Sequence record: PZ544694.1
Direction: 5' to 3' (one strand)
Length of the DNA: 56,700 nt
From: a phage
Positions 19,180 to 29,466 of this stretch are shown one piece after another; positions within the stretch are counted from its first letter, which is position 1; each line of letters begins with the position of its first letter. The translations under genes were made by a program, and so were the position numbers. The notes beneath the pieces were generated by a model. The model had not been told where the DNA came from. It saw nothing but the letters and a program-made list of their open reading frames with translations, and searched no databases.

Positions 19180-19545
19180 ATGGGTAACTCAGTAAATTGT
19201 TTCAAATTTTATGAGGTTTGTAATGAGTTTCTAAATCTACCGGTAGTGGCTATCGGGAGGCCTAGCAACGATTTATCATTACCGGAATTTAATTACTCTT
19301 ATGGCGTGGTGTTCCATGTTAACAACAAGTTGCTTAGAGTCCTAACCGTCCGATATTCTTATGGACACCGGAGGGCATACGTTAGGATCGACGACGTAAG
19401 AACGGATTACCCTAATGTCACTTATCCGGTTTACGAGCCGGTTCTTTTCTCGGGGGAGATCGCCGGCGAATGGATACGAGGCGCAAAAAATTTATACCGG
19501 AGTTATAGGGACACGCTAACGAACGTAAGGGGGTCTGTATGGTGA
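19180..19545 (+). CDS. hypothetical protein
   Basis: 121 aa frame-1 ORF. Confidence 0.45.
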   Translation: MGNSVNCFKFYEVCNEFLNLPVVAIGRPSNDLSLPEFNYSYGVVFHVNNKLLRVLTVRYSYGHRRAYVRIDDVRTDYPNVTYPVYEPVLFSGEIAGEWIRGAKNLYRSYRDTLTNVRGSVW

Positions 19546-20115
19546 ATGGCAGAATTAGCATACACTAAAGCGTCTATCTTCCAATCTATCGTTGATGATG
19601 TTAGTACGGGTCTACCTAAAGGAACTTCATTAGATACCCGCGGAGATTTCGAAAATCAATTACGCGACCTTTTCGAAGAAAATAATCTTATGAATGCGCC
19701 GGAATGTATCAGCGTCGACTACTTCGGGGAAGCATGGGAGATCGTCCAGTCTAGCGAGTTTGATTCTGTTGAGCTAGAAACGCCTTTAGATTTCAGCGGG
19801 TGCAAAAGTTCATTAAAATGTTTGATGATGGAAGCTAACGCATTAATAAGCGCGTCTTGGCGTGAACAAGTGGAAGCCTACATCGAAGAACTGGCCGAAG
19901 CACTGGAAGAAGTTGTCGAGGGTTGCGAGGAGTTCGGAACAATCGACGAACTGGTAATCACTGGCGGGTGCCGTTTCGGTCACATTCCACACCTAAGAGA
20001 GTTCGATGCTGGCGACTTTTCTGTGTGCATGTGGGCGCCGAACGAAGCCGGAGAGTCTGAAATTTATTATAATTTCCGAGGTCTGGAACTGCGCGGGGTT
20101 GTATATCATGGGTAA
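19546..20115 (+). CDS. hypothetical acidic protein
   Basis: 189 aa frame-1 ORF, Glu/Asp-rich. Confidence 0.45.
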   Translation: MAELAYTKASIFQSIVDDVSTGLPKGTSLDTRGDFENQLRDLFEENNLMNAPECISVDYFGEAWEIVQSSEFDSVELETPLDFSGCKSSLKCLMMEANALISASWREQVEAYIEELAEALEEVVEGCEEFGTIDELVITGGCRFGHIPHLREFDAGDFSVCMWAPNEAGESEIYYNFRGLELRGVVYHG

Positions 20116-20493
20116 GTGGACGGTGTGACATACTTTTCATCAGTTCCTAAAGATACCAATTCACGCCGGGCGAGATCCCGGCTTTCTTCGTTCTTGAGTC
20201 CGCACGAAAAAGAGTTACAACTATCTACGCACGACATACAGACTATTTTAAACCTAGCTAATGCGTTTTACTTCCGAGCTGATCCGGAGAGTAAACCGGC
20301 TTACTCAGACAACAAAACTATTGTAAGCCTTCGCATATCCGGAATAGTCGAAGATGATCGGGGCTGGCTCATTATCCGCCGGCATTTCCTTAATTCTGGT
20401 CAGTGCTGGAAGACGTTGCACTTAGAGGTTATTTTTACCCACATAGAAAATCTGACCTTATGTGAGTGTAAAATTCCCTATTTCCCCGATTGA
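20116..20493 (+). CDS. hypothetical protein
   Basis: 125 aa, GTG start directly after preceding stop. Confidence 0.4.
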   Translation: MDGVTYFSSVPKDTNSRRARSRLSSFLSPHEKELQLSTHDIQTILNLANAFYFRADPESKPAYSDNKTIVSLRISGIVEDDRGWLIIRRHFLNSGQCWKTLHLEVIFTHIENLTLCECKIPYFPD

Positions 20494-20685
20494 ATGATGA
20501 AGAATAAAATCACATTAAACAGCGGTATGATTTTAATCGCTGACGACGAAAAAGTTACGGTAAACGCAGACGGTTCGCTATTCTGTCCGGCGTGGGATAT
20601 GCGCTTTATGTTAACTCGTAACATTTCATATAATCGAACGGTTACACATCGAGAGGTGAAAAGTTTTGAGCGATTATACAGTTGA
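20494..20685 (+). CDS. hypothetical protein
   Basis: 63 aa frame-1 ORF. Confidence 0.3.
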   Translation: MMKNKITLNSGMILIADDEKVTVNADGSLFCPAWDMRFMLTRNISYNRTVTHREVKSFERLYS

Positions 20686-20928
20686 ATGGCTAAGAAATTA
20701 AATAATTTAGAGGCTCGCGGGGCGTTTGGTTTTGTCGTCGCGTCTCTTTGTGCGGTAGGGTTCGCGGGGGCGGTGGGAACTTTGGCCGTATATGGTGATC
20801 TAACCGTCGCGCGTTTCTGTCTTTATGGGGTAGCGTTTGGGGTGGTCGGCGGGATTGCGTGGCCTGATCAGGAGAGCGGGGAGGCGTTTATATCTGCGAT
20901 ACGTGGGGGCGGTAATGATGAAGAATAA
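20686..20928 (+). CDS. small membrane protein, hypothetical
   Basis: 80 aa, Gly/Ala/Val-rich hydrophobic segments. Confidence 0.4.
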   Translation: MAKKLNNLEARGAFGFVVASLCAVGFAGAVGTLAVYGDLTVARFCLYGVAFGVVGGIAWPDQESGEAFISAIRGGGNDEE

Positions 20929-21255
20929 ATGAGCAAACAAATTCCTTTCGATCTTTTCCGTTCTGCGCATCGTCTGACTGTCACAGGGATCGAGGCGAAC
21001 TATGAGCAATATGTCGTTCTCTCCCATAAAGCCGACGCGGATTATCTGGAAAAGTTCATCGATAACTTATTGAATGATTTCCCTTTCCCTGTTGCGATAT
21101 CAGAAGAAAGAGTGAGTAGCCCGTCTTCTGTAATTATCCGGTCGGGCTTGATGGTGTCCGAGATTAAAAAGGATATAAAAAGCGGTAAGGTGGCTAATAT
21201 GTATTTATCGGAGCCGGTTCGAACTCGCAACGATAATATTATTATTCACCCGTAA
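20929..21255 (+). CDS. hypothetical protein
   Basis: 108 aa frame-1 ORF. Confidence 0.4.
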   Translation: MSKQIPFDLFRSAHRLTVTGIEANYEQYVVLSHKADADYLEKFIDNLLNDFPFPVAISEERVSSPSSVIIRSGLMVSEIKKDIKSGKVANMYLSEPVRTRNDNIIIHP

Positions 21256-21474
21256 TTGTACTTATCTACAAAAATTTCGGGCTTACTTCAAAAACCTCGC
21301 GGGCCGATGATTTTCTGTGACGATTTAAAAACTTTTCCGGCCGGCTTACTTCAAAAACCTCGCGGGCTGAAAAAATTCCCGTGAGTGAGAAATAAAAACC
21401 GGCCAATGGATTTATCTACAAAAATTAGAACCTTACTTCAAAAACCTCGCCGGTTGACGGAAATCCTCGGGTAA
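21256..21474. repeat. cluster of ~22-bp direct repeats (CTTACTTCAAAAACCTCGCGGGC), candidate regulatory elements
   Basis: Copies at 21282-21304, 21345-21367, 21432-21453 (last with 2 mismatches); TTATCTACAAAAATT at 21262-21276 and 21412-21426. Confidence 0.6.
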
Positions 21475-21906
21475 ATGATCGAGTCAGAAGATATTATTTT
21501 CGTAAACGGCGACAAACCTAAAATCGATAACTCGCCAGCGCTAGAAAGACGCAACACGGTTAGTGTAGAACTAGAACGAGAGTTAACCGCAGCGTCTTCG
21601 ATTCCGGACAAACTTACAGTAGTACCAACAAAAGGGAGACCAACCAGCATGGTAGGTATGATCGTATCGTTAGATGTCGGAGACGTGTTCACTAAATCCG
21701 AGTTTATTCTTGAAGTTTCAGGTCTCGACGCCATGAGCGAGAGCGTAGACCTGACTACACGAAAAGAAAAACTCAGACAAAGCGTAAAAGCGTCTATGAC
21801 ACACGCTAAAAAGAAAACTAAGGGCGAATATACTTTAGAAACGCACCACTTTATTACGCCGTTGGGTCGCCTTTACATTCAAGTTTTAGTGACCCGTATT
21901 TCCTGA
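21475..21906 (+). CDS. hypothetical protein
   Basis: 143 aa frame-1 ORF. Confidence 0.45.
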   Translation: MIESEDIIFVNGDKPKIDNSPALERRNTVSVELERELTAASSIPDKLTVVPTKGRPTSMVGMIVSLDVGDVFTKSEFILEVSGLDAMSESVDLTTRKEKLRQSVKASMTHAKKKTKGEYTLETHHFITPLGRLYIQVLVTRIS

Positions 21907-22218
21907 ATGGAACGCAACGACAATTTAGAGCACACCACCCCCGCAGACCCGGATACGCAAATCGTCAAGTTGTTAGAGGGGAACCCGGATCTTTTAAAGC
22001 ACTTTTATAAACTTTCCGCATTAGCGGGAAACGTGGGGGAGATGGAACGCTCTTTCGAAGAACGAGTTGACGCCGTGTTTAAAGTAGGTATCCGCCTAGT
22101 CATGGTCGCGAGCAACCGGAAAAACCTTATCGTAACCGATGACGATGTGGCAAAGGCGGAGAACTCAACACTGGAAGTTAGCGAAAATAACGGCAATGTT
22201 AAATATATGATCAAGTAG
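21907..22218 (+). CDS. hypothetical protein
   Basis: 103 aa frame-1 ORF. Confidence 0.4.
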   Translation: MERNDNLEHTTPADPDTQIVKLLEGNPDLLKHFYKLSALAGNVGEMERSFEERVDAVFKVGIRLVMVASNRKNLIVTDDDVAKAENSTLEVSENNGNVKYMIK

Positions 22219-22539
22219 ATGAAAAATTCAAACGTAGCACTCGCCATTGATTCCGTTTTGGTAAAAAAGAAAATTGATATTATCCCGGTTTTTAAATCGT
22301 TAGAGGAAGAATATCAAATGCGGATACAAGCGTCGTGGTCAGGCATCACCGCGCACACGCCAGAACGACGCATCTACACCCACGGCCACCCGACTACTAA
22401 GATGGCAACAACACCGGAACAACGTACAACGTATCGCCTCCGTCTATTGAAATTCCTACGGTGGCTCTACGCGAACAACTACACAACGGGGCCACTGTTA
22501 GAAATCAAATCGTGGCTAGAGGAGCAAGAGGAATGGTAA
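22219..22539 (+). CDS. hypothetical protein
   Basis: 106 aa frame-1 ORF. Confidence 0.4.
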   Translation: MKNSNVALAIDSVLVKKKIDIIPVFKSLEEEYQMRIQASWSGITAHTPERRIYTHGHPTTKMATTPEQRTTYRLRLLKFLRWLYANNYTTGPLLEIKSWLEEQEEW

Positions 22540-22887
22540 ATGGTAAAGGTCTTATACAACAGCGAACAAGCGCAAGTAAACCAGTTGCGAGACCAGATTA
22601 AATCGCACACTGAGTCGTTTGAAACAGCGATGGCCGAAGTCGACCAGATCATTAAAGAAAATATCGAGACATACCTAAACGATATATCCGGGTTAATGAT
22701 GTCGATAGTTAGAGTGTATGACAACGCGGAGATTGAGGACAAAGCGGTGGCCTTAGATCTTGTTCACTCTAAAGCGGTAACTCGTTTAGCTGCTATCGAA
22801 GATAAGAGCATAGAACTACGCGCCCATATTGAAAACTTAGTATCCACCATTAAAACCGGAGTGATTAAAAACAATGAAACCATTTGA
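22540..22887 (+). CDS. hypothetical protein
   Basis: 115 aa; AGAGGA Shine-Dalgarno-like motif upstream; last 14 nt duplicated as start of next ORF. Confidence 0.45.
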   Translation: MVKVLYNSEQAQVNQLRDQIKSHTESFETAMAEVDQIIKENIETYLNDISGLMMSIVRVYDNAEIEDKAVALDLVHSKAVTRLAAIEDKSIELRAHIENLVSTIKTGVIKNNETI

Positions 22888-23976
22888 ATGAAACCATTTG
22901 ATAAATTTATTGCTTTTGCAATATCTGAACCAGCAGACCCTAACAATACGACTTCGTTTTCCGCATTAGCTAACGGGACAGAAGACCAACTAAAACAACT
23001 AGGCCGAGAACTAGAAACAAGCCTGAGAAACTTACCGATCGGAGACCCAAGCGCTATGCAGTGGACGCGCCACGGTTTTGCTAAACCCGACGAGAACGCC
23101 GAACCGATCACCGTTGTAGATGAAGTCCTAGGGGACATGGAAGACACACCATACGTTATGATAGACGAAGCGGGTAAATATCTTGTGTTCACTTTCGAAG
23201 AACGTGCTCGAATGCTAAGCCCGACAACGATCAAGGACGAATTAGAGGTTAAAGTAAAAGATTGGATAGAACGAGTTGGTGACACCCCGACAAAACGTGA
23301 ACGTAATGATATGCGCGATGAAATCATCAATGACTTGTTGCCAAAGGCCACAATAAAGCGCACCAAGACATACGCCATGATCATCAAGGGTGTTCTTATT
23401 GTCTTCGCCGGTAGCAATAACATCGGTGAAAAAGTAGCATCGGCCGTAAGAAAGGTAGTAGGGTCTCTCCCAGTAGTACCATGGTTTGAGCATTCGGCCC
23501 TCATTACGGAGTTTCTAAAGAAAATCGCTACGGTAGACTTTGACCCGGAAGATGCAGTAGGCCAAGCGCTAGATAAATTTGAGATTGTCCGTAGTGCTAA
23601 AGTCTCCGCTGAAACCGGTGCGTACACTTTCAAAGATGTTTTTGACATCACGAATGACGTTTCCTTCAAAGAAGCGCTAGGACAAACTAACGGATACTCA
23701 TACCCTCTCGGGATCACCGAAGCGAATTTAGAATTACGACATGACGCCACAGACAGCCCTATCGGTTTTGTTCTTACGGCCAAAGGCGTTTTAAAGAGCG
23801 TAAATTGGAATGACGAGCCGGAAAATATTTTCGACGACTCAGTGTTTGACACGAACGAGGAACGGGAGCGTGCTCGATTTATTTTCTCTACGTGGGACGC
23901 TTACACCTTAGTTACGGCCGTGCTAGGAGCGCTACACAACGCAAACGCAAACCGATTTGTAGAAGACGATATGTAA
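22888..23976 (+). CDS. rdgC: recombination-associated protein RdgC-like
   Basis: 362 aa; RNDMRDEIINDLLPKATIKRTKTYAMIIKGVLIVFAGS...VRKVVGSLPVVPW colinear with E. coli RdgC (KDEVLHSLLPRAF...LRKSLGSLPVVP). Confidence 0.7.
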   Translation: MKPFDKFIAFAISEPADPNNTTSFSALANGTEDQLKQLGRELETSLRNLPIGDPSAMQWTRHGFAKPDENAEPITVVDEVLGDMEDTPYVMIDEAGKYLVFTFEERARMLSPTTIKDELEVKVKDWIERVGDTPTKRERNDMRDEIINDLLPKATIKRTKTYAMIIKGVLIVFAGSNNIGEKVASAVRKVVGSLPVVPWFEHSALITEFLKKIATVDFDPEDAVGQALDKFEIVRSAKVSAETGAYTFKDVFDITNDVSFKEALGQTNGYSYPLGITEANLELRHDATDSPIGFVLTAKGVLKSVNWNDEPENIFDDSVFDTNEERERARFIFSTWDAYTLVTAVLGALHNANANRFVEDDM

Positions 23977-24177
23977 ATGAATACAGAACGTAAAAAACTG
24001 GCGTCTAACCTGACAAGACTAAAAGTCGGAGAGTCTTTCTTCGTAGAATGTCTTCCGAAAGACCTAGCCCACGTTCGACGCCTAGCTTATAAGCTGAATA
24101 TTAAGTTATCCATGGTTCGTGTCGATGTCGACCCGATCTACGGTACATTGGGGACGAGGATATCTCGCGTCAAGTAA
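23977..24177 (+). CDS. hypothetical protein
   Basis: 66 aa frame-1 ORF. Confidence 0.3.
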   Translation: MNTERKKLASNLTRLKVGESFFVECLPKDLAHVRRLAYKLNIKLSMVRVDVDPIYGTLGTRISRVK

Positions 24178-24996
24178 ATGATTAAACTTATGCACTATGC
24201 GGATTACGACTACCGCGACCCAAGTAAACATGAACACCGAATATTCCCGGTTCCGGCCGGAATTAGAGTCGGGGTGATCATTAAACGCGTTAAGTCCATC
24301 GCGAACCCAACAAAGATTGAGGTGTGGCAATACGACGAAAAAGGTAACGCGATTACTGACCTTACCGGCTTCGCCCCACACATCGAGGAAATATGTTTAA
24401 AAGCGTACCAATGGCTTACAGAACATACATTATCTCTATCCGGGATCTCTGATACTGAGTCCGATGCGTATGACTCCGGGATCGTAATCGATGGGTATTT
24501 CCAAGATATCCGTCCCAACTATGGAACGGCCGACGAGACATTAGACCAGTTGGAAGAATGGTTATTAGATGAATTCGAGACGACGGACGAAACTAAAACC
24601 ATATTTCAATATCTGGCCGTTACGACCTACGAGTCAGCGCTTCGCGGTAAAGACGGTAAAGACATTCATCTACGCCGTTCTAACCTACGCCATGCGTTGT
24701 GCGCATCGAACAATGCTGACCACACCCGAGCAAATATCTCTGTCTCGGATAATGTGCCACGTTTTACCGTGTGGCCGATGTCTATGTCACCTCGTTCTTG
24801 GGATATGAGCAAGCCCGGCCCGAACGCTTGGGACTCCATGGCGGGCGTCGCAGCACCAAGAGGTCAACAATTCGAAGACCAGTTAAATACATGCTTTGAG
24901 CGCGGTTTTATCGGCGGGCTAGATATGCGAGCGTTTCACGGCTGGAATACAAGAGTTACCGCGTACCAGTTTATTACTGAGGACGCAACGTTATGA
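24178..24996 (+). CDS. hypothetical protein
   Basis: 272 aa frame-1 ORF. Confidence 0.5.
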   Translation: MIKLMHYADYDYRDPSKHEHRIFPVPAGIRVGVIIKRVKSIANPTKIEVWQYDEKGNAITDLTGFAPHIEEICLKAYQWLTEHTLSLSGISDTESDAYDSGIVIDGYFQDIRPNYGTADETLDQLEEWLLDEFETTDETKTIFQYLAVTTYESALRGKDGKDIHLRRSNLRHALCASNNADHTRANISVSDNVPRFTVWPMSMSPRSWDMSKPGPNAWDSMAGVAAPRGQQFEDQLNTCFERGFIGGLDMRAFHGWNTRVTAYQFITEDATL

Positions 24997-25764
24997 ATGA
25001 TTGACGGGGAATTGGATATTATGGCACTACCACAGATTAAAGACTTTGCCGGATACGATGGCCCGTTAGACCACCCGATCATTATGCCTGTTCCGTCCCT
25101 CATGAGGGCGGAAGTCTATGTATCCCACGATTTAAAGGATATAGAAATCAACGGCGTTTTTCGCGACGGAACCTATTCTGCGTCGAGATGGACGGGGTTA
25201 TGCCCGGAATTAGAAGAACAATTTTTATTCCTAGCGGAGTTGTTGAAAGACGACTTTAAGGAAAAATGTATCCTCCCATTTAGAGTTGGTCGAGACAAGT
25301 CCGAACTACGGGAAGTCGATAGATTTATCCCGGGGATCACCGGAAACATCGGTTTTGAAGTGTATTTACATGACACCGGGGATTTCGGCACCAAGTATAC
25401 TCAGAAATACTTAGCCAACAGTAAGATGACGGGAGAGAAAGACGACGGCGGGCTAGTATCCGCCTCGATCGTGAGCGCTTACGGGTTCGGGGAACTAACG
25501 CCAGTTTCGCGCGAGGTAATAGACGTTGTGCGGATTTACGAAAGACGTTATCAGATTAGCCACCGACTCAACCTCATGGACGACGAGGGGTATTTGCTGT
25601 CATTAGCTCCCGGAGAACTGAAACGCGTTGACGCGGTACGAACTGCTGAATTCTATTTCGAACAAGGATACCCCAACGTGATTATTCTCAATTCCGGACG
25701 TCCGTACAACTCCGACGCTACCGGACAAATGTATTACTATTCACCGGAGACATACGACTTATGA
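24997..25764 (+). CDS. hypothetical protein
   Basis: 255 aa; ATGA stop/start duplicated at both junctions. Confidence 0.5.
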   Translation: MIDGELDIMALPQIKDFAGYDGPLDHPIIMPVPSLMRAEVYVSHDLKDIEINGVFRDGTYSASRWTGLCPELEEQFLFLAELLKDDFKEKCILPFRVGRDKSELREVDRFIPGITGNIGFEVYLHDTGDFGTKYTQKYLANSKMTGEKDDGGLVSASIVSAYGFGELTPVSREVIDVVRIYERRYQISHRLNLMDDEGYLLSLAPGELKRVDAVRTAEFYFEQGYPNVIILNSGRPYNSDATGQMYYYSPETYDL

Positions 25765-26211
25765 ATGACCGAGCACAAGAAATTAACCCGCGTGTACGGC
25801 GCTAACCTTTGTACTTTTTGCGGTAGAGCATGGGAAGACGGAGAAGAAATCCCCGATTGCGTTGCGCCCCAAGAGGAGGTTCAAAAAACACGCAAGAAAT
25901 TTTTCCGGGCATACTTCCCGGCGCCAACCCACTTTACCGCATGGTTGTTATATGGGAATAACGGTAAAGCGATGGTCGCCTATGCGGATCATCGGGAGGT
26001 GGCTTTACGCATCGGGTATTATTGGACGAGAAACAGAAAAGATATTGTAAAGGTAGAAGAATCGGCGGAGCTAACCCGTTTTGCTGTTTGGCAATCCGTA
26101 CCCTATATTGAGATTAATCCGGTAATTATTAATAAACTAAACCAGTTAAGCAAAAAAGGGGATAACATAATAATATCTCCCGCTAATTTTAAAAAGGCCA
26201 TTTATGACTAA
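25765..26211 (+). CDS. hypothetical protein
   Basis: 148 aa frame-1 ORF. Confidence 0.45.
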   Translation: MTEHKKLTRVYGANLCTFCGRAWEDGEEIPDCVAPQEEVQKTRKKFFRAYFPAPTHFTAWLLYGNNGKAMVAYADHREVALRIGYYWTRNRKDIVKVEESAELTRFAVWQSVPYIEINPVIINKLNQLSKKGDNIIISPANFKKAIYD

Positions 26212-26844
26212 ATGACTAAGTTAGATGAAGTACGCAAATTATCATACTCGTTCAAACTGCCCGAAGATGTCCGAGAGGGAACCTATGTAGTTTTACGCTT
26301 CGAATCTGAGGTAGGAAAGTGGTATCAGAACGCAAATATTGTTAGCTATATGCTCGGTGTTATCAGCCACACTACTAAGACACAATTCCAAGTTTCTTGT
26401 GAGGGTTTATCCTCCCCGATGCGTTTCGGGCGCGATGGCGGTATCCGCGCAGACAGCAAGGGACAAGTTGGTGGCGCACTAAGAACGTCAGTATTCCTTG
26501 CCGGTAGTGCAGATACCGCAGAAGAATACATCAAGGGCCAAGTAGAACAACACAACGACCCCGAAGTAGTAAGACGCGAGCCAACGTTCCACTTAAAAAA
26601 TGCTGACGATTTGATAGGTATCATCGTCAAGCTGGACAAGCTGATAAACGATGCGACAACGCTATGGGGCGCAATACCTGAAAAATGGAAAGGCCGAGAG
26701 CAACGACGTAGCCGAAACGACCGAATACCGCATGATATGTTAGTAGCGATCTTGTGTAATCCGGACGCATCGGACATATTAGCAGACCTATTTAAGTCCA
26801 TAGCTAAAGCATTCGGAGTATCAACCAAAAAAGAGGAAGAATGA
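26212..26844 (+). CDS. hypothetical protein
   Basis: 210 aa frame-1 ORF. Confidence 0.45.
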   Translation: MTKLDEVRKLSYSFKLPEDVREGTYVVLRFESEVGKWYQNANIVSYMLGVISHTTKTQFQVSCEGLSSPMRFGRDGGIRADSKGQVGGALRTSVFLAGSADTAEEYIKGQVEQHNDPEVVRREPTFHLKNADDLIGIIVKLDKLINDATTLWGAIPEKWKGREQRRSRNDRIPHDMLVAILCNPDASDILADLFKSIAKAFGVSTKKEEE

Positions 26845-27585
26845 ATGATGATCAATCCCTACGCGGTGGAATTACAGAAATTGAAAGACGCCAAGAAACA
26901 CATTCCAAAGCAGATAAAAGACCAATGGCGTACTCCGGACTGGCTTTTCTACGCGCTAAACTCTTTATACGGCCCGTTCTTGGTAGATTTGTTTTCAGAT
27001 GGACAGAATGCTAAGTGCTCCCGGTATTTCATGGCCGAGGATAATGCGCTACAACAGAACTGGAAAGAAGCACTAGAAGACGCCAAGTTTGAATTCCTTA
27101 TCGATGCAGACTGTGCGGGGTACGATGCTACTGACGATCTAAAGACGGCCAAGTGTTTTGCTAACCCGCCATACAGCCCGGCTAAGTATATCGGTAAAGG
27201 GCGTAAGAATAGAATACCGCTCTGTGGTATGCGAAATATCATGGCTAAGGCCTACGAGGAACACAAGGCCGGTTGCCCTTCATTCTGGTTGCTTAAATCC
27301 GCCACGTCAGAAGATTGGTGGCCTAACGAGACCGCAAGCCAGATAATCCACATCAAGGGTAGAATTGCTTTCGAGAAACCGGTGTGGTTTAGAGATGAGG
27401 TCGTAGACCGCGTGGAAAGTAGTGCTGCTTTCGGTGCGTCCGTTGCTATTTTTAACGGAATAAACGATATTCAAGAACCGGAAGCCTACATCAGTCGAGA
27501 TACCTTAAAATTAATAGGGGAGCCACTTGCTGAAATTAATGCGGAAAGACGCGCCGAGTGGATAGCTAGTTTCGACGATCTATAA
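26845..27585 (+). CDS. dam: DNA N6-adenine methyltransferase (phage Dam family)
   Basis: 246 aa; WRTPDWLF...FLVDLFSDGQNAKC and catalytic NPPYS motif. Confidence 0.8.
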   Translation: MMINPYAVELQKLKDAKKHIPKQIKDQWRTPDWLFYALNSLYGPFLVDLFSDGQNAKCSRYFMAEDNALQQNWKEALEDAKFEFLIDADCAGYDATDDLKTAKCFANPPYSPAKYIGKGRKNRIPLCGMRNIMAKAYEEHKAGCPSFWLLKSATSEDWWPNETASQIIHIKGRIAFEKPVWFRDEVVDRVESSAAFGASVAIFNGINDIQEPEAYISRDTLKLIGEPLAEINAERRAEWIASFDDL

Positions 27586-27816
27586 GTGGCCTCCCTATTA
27601 AAAGGTAAATCCCGTGAAAATTCTAAAGTATACATTGCTTGTGTTGATTGTGATTTCTGCGGTTGTCGGCTCATACATGGCAATACGATCAACCTCATGC
27701 GCGGAGTATGGCCAGAAGAACAAAGTTGCGACCGAATACTCATTGTACGAGGGTTGTGTGATAAAAAACTCCGGCCACCCGTAAAAAAGTTCACCTCAAG
27801 CGAGAAAAATAGTTGA
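27586..27816 (+). CDS. hypothetical Cys-rich protein
   Basis: 76 aa, GTG start; CVDCDFCGC and C-x-C pattern. Confidence 0.3.
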   Translation: MASLLKGKSRENSKVYIACVDCDFCGCRLIHGNTINLMRGVWPEEQSCDRILIVRGLCDKKLRPPVKKFTSSEKNS

Positions 27817-28350
27817 ATGGATCATAAGTACAAGGTTTCGGACAGGAATACCGTCGCCCGAGTAGTGGGCCGTCATCGCCAATGGTGCGACGCATACGTT
27901 GAGGTAAAACGTATCGTTCGTGAAATGTCCGAAAAAGGGATAACCGATCTGGAAGTTGACGCGATGCCGATCCACGCGCACCTAAACCGGATTGCTGGTT
28001 TCAACTCATTTTTTGCCAACACTCAAAACGAATGGTGGCTAAGATTTAGACCATTTGAAGCCTACCCACAAGATAACGGGAAGACGCTAATTAAGTACCG
28101 CGACTCCCACCCGTGTAACATCTGGCGAAAAGTAGAAAAGATGGAATTCGACCGAGAAGATTTAGAACGAAGAATAAGTCGTATCGAACAAATATTACAA
28201 GGACAGCCGGAAACAATCGCATACGATAGAAAAGTATTTCGAATTCGTAGAACACAAGAATTATCTCAAACCGGCATGTCAAACCGAAAAGCGAGAAAAA
28301 TCGCATGGGAGGAAGCCGGTAGAGAATTCCCGGGAGAAGACCATGTTTGA
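27817..28350 (+). CDS. hypothetical protein
   Basis: 177 aa frame-1 ORF. Confidence 0.45.
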   Translation: MDHKYKVSDRNTVARVVGRHRQWCDAYVEVKRIVREMSEKGITDLEVDAMPIHAHLNRIAGFNSFFANTQNEWWLRFRPFEAYPQDNGKTLIKYRDSHPCNIWRKVEKMEFDREDLERRISRIEQILQGQPETIAYDRKVFRIRRTQELSQTGMSNRKARKIAWEEAGREFPGEDHV

Positions 28351-28602
28351 ATGTTTGATGAAATACGGAGAATAAAACGGAAATATGAAATGTTGCCTCC
28401 CGGAGATAACATACCTCTGTATGGCGATTTCATTGAGTTTAAGGACGAATTTAACGGAGCAACATATATTGGGGAGGTGTTAGATCACCATTTCAGTTCA
28501 ACACCTCACGATCAAATTTGGAATGTCTTCGTAGACGGCGTGACCATATCTGCGAAACAATCTGAGATAACAAGAGTATACCGACGCAAACGGAGAAAAT
28601 AG
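28351..28602 (+). CDS. hypothetical protein
   Basis: 83 aa; first 8 nt duplicate last 8 nt of upstream ORF. Confidence 0.35.
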   Translation: MFDEIRRIKRKYEMLPPGDNIPLYGDFIEFKDEFNGATYIGEVLDHHFSSTPHDQIWNVFVDGVTISAKQSEITRVYRRKRRK

Positions 28603-29466
28603 ATGAAAGACCTAACAAAACCTTTAGTAGAAATCGATATCGACGTTAGAACGGATTACCTACCTCACGGTGTTTTATCCGTTGATATCAAAACCGAGGA
28701 AATATCTCACGAACTAAAATCGTTACTAGCCGATACATTTGAAGCCATGGTAGTTCGTTTGATTTCTTCGGAGAGAAAATACCAAAGAGGGAACTCTTAC
28801 CAGAACGAAGAACTAGCGCAAAGCGGTGAACTCGCATTCCGGATCGCCGACCGGCTTAAAAATTTCCAAGATATTGACGCCATGAATTTGATTATGTTTT
28901 CCATGTACCATCAGGCGTATTCTGGACAACAAATTCATCTAATGGATAGTTGTATTAAAGATTTCCATCGCGGGGTGGTAGACGCGTATAACTTCATTGA
29001 TTCTACTTGCCCTCCCGGTTGTGCTGAGGAAGCGTTCCGAACACTGCTTATGAGCGAGTTAGTCGACACTACCATGAAAGAACTCGGCAAAGGCGATAAA
29101 ACCTCATACAAGATGTTAGGTGGCGATACGGCCAAGTTATCCGTTAACCCCCCTAAGTCCCTAAAAGCATTTGCGGATCAACTAGGCGACGAGGAGCTTT
29201 ACATCTATAACATTCTAGGCATGAATTTTGTGATCCCATGGTGGGGCGATACCGTAGTAGCGAATAAGGAAAAACAACTACTCGTGTTCCCGGGTGTACC
29301 ATATGTTGATCGAGAGACCGATAGATGGCGTTCACCAGACTGTGAAGATTTCCAAAAAGACGGTCTCGTTATCGGCACAATAGATGTCTCGAAAGAAAGA
29401 GAATATCTCATTGATGGTTTTATTCTATCTCTGTCCGCATTCAACCGCAAACCGCTAGAGGGCTAA
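28603..29466 (+). CDS. hypothetical protein
   Basis: 287 aa frame-1 ORF. Confidence 0.5.
   Translation: MKDLTKPLVEIDIDVRTDYLPHGVLSVDIKTEEISHELKSLLADTFEAMVVRLISSERKYQRGNSYQNEELAQSGELAFRIADRLKNFQDIDAMNLIMFSMYHQAYSGQQIHLMDSCIKDFHRGVVDAYNFIDSTCPPGCAEEAFRTLLMSELVDTTMKELGKGDKTSYKMLGGDTAKLSVNPPKSLKAFADQLGDEELYIYNILGMNFVIPWWGDTVVANKEKQLLVFPGVPYVDRETDRWRSPDCEDFQKDGLVIGTIDVSKEREYLIDGFILSLSAFNRKPLEG

Noticed and set aside
21256-21474. Direct repeat cluster as a CRISPR array
   Set aside because: Only three imperfect copies with irregular spacing (41 and 64 bp between copies), no cas genes, and the repeats have a paired upstream box typical of promoter or operator sites.
22764-23852. 362-aa ORF on the minus strand almost coextensive with the RdgC-like gene
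   Set aside because: Its translation is Ser/Thr-rich low complexity with no recognisable motifs, while the + strand frame-1 ORF aligns to RdgC. Long antisense ORFs are expected opposite genes with this codon bias. The same applies to minus-strand ORFs 47043-47708, 49203-49742, 55578-56105 and 9831-10343.
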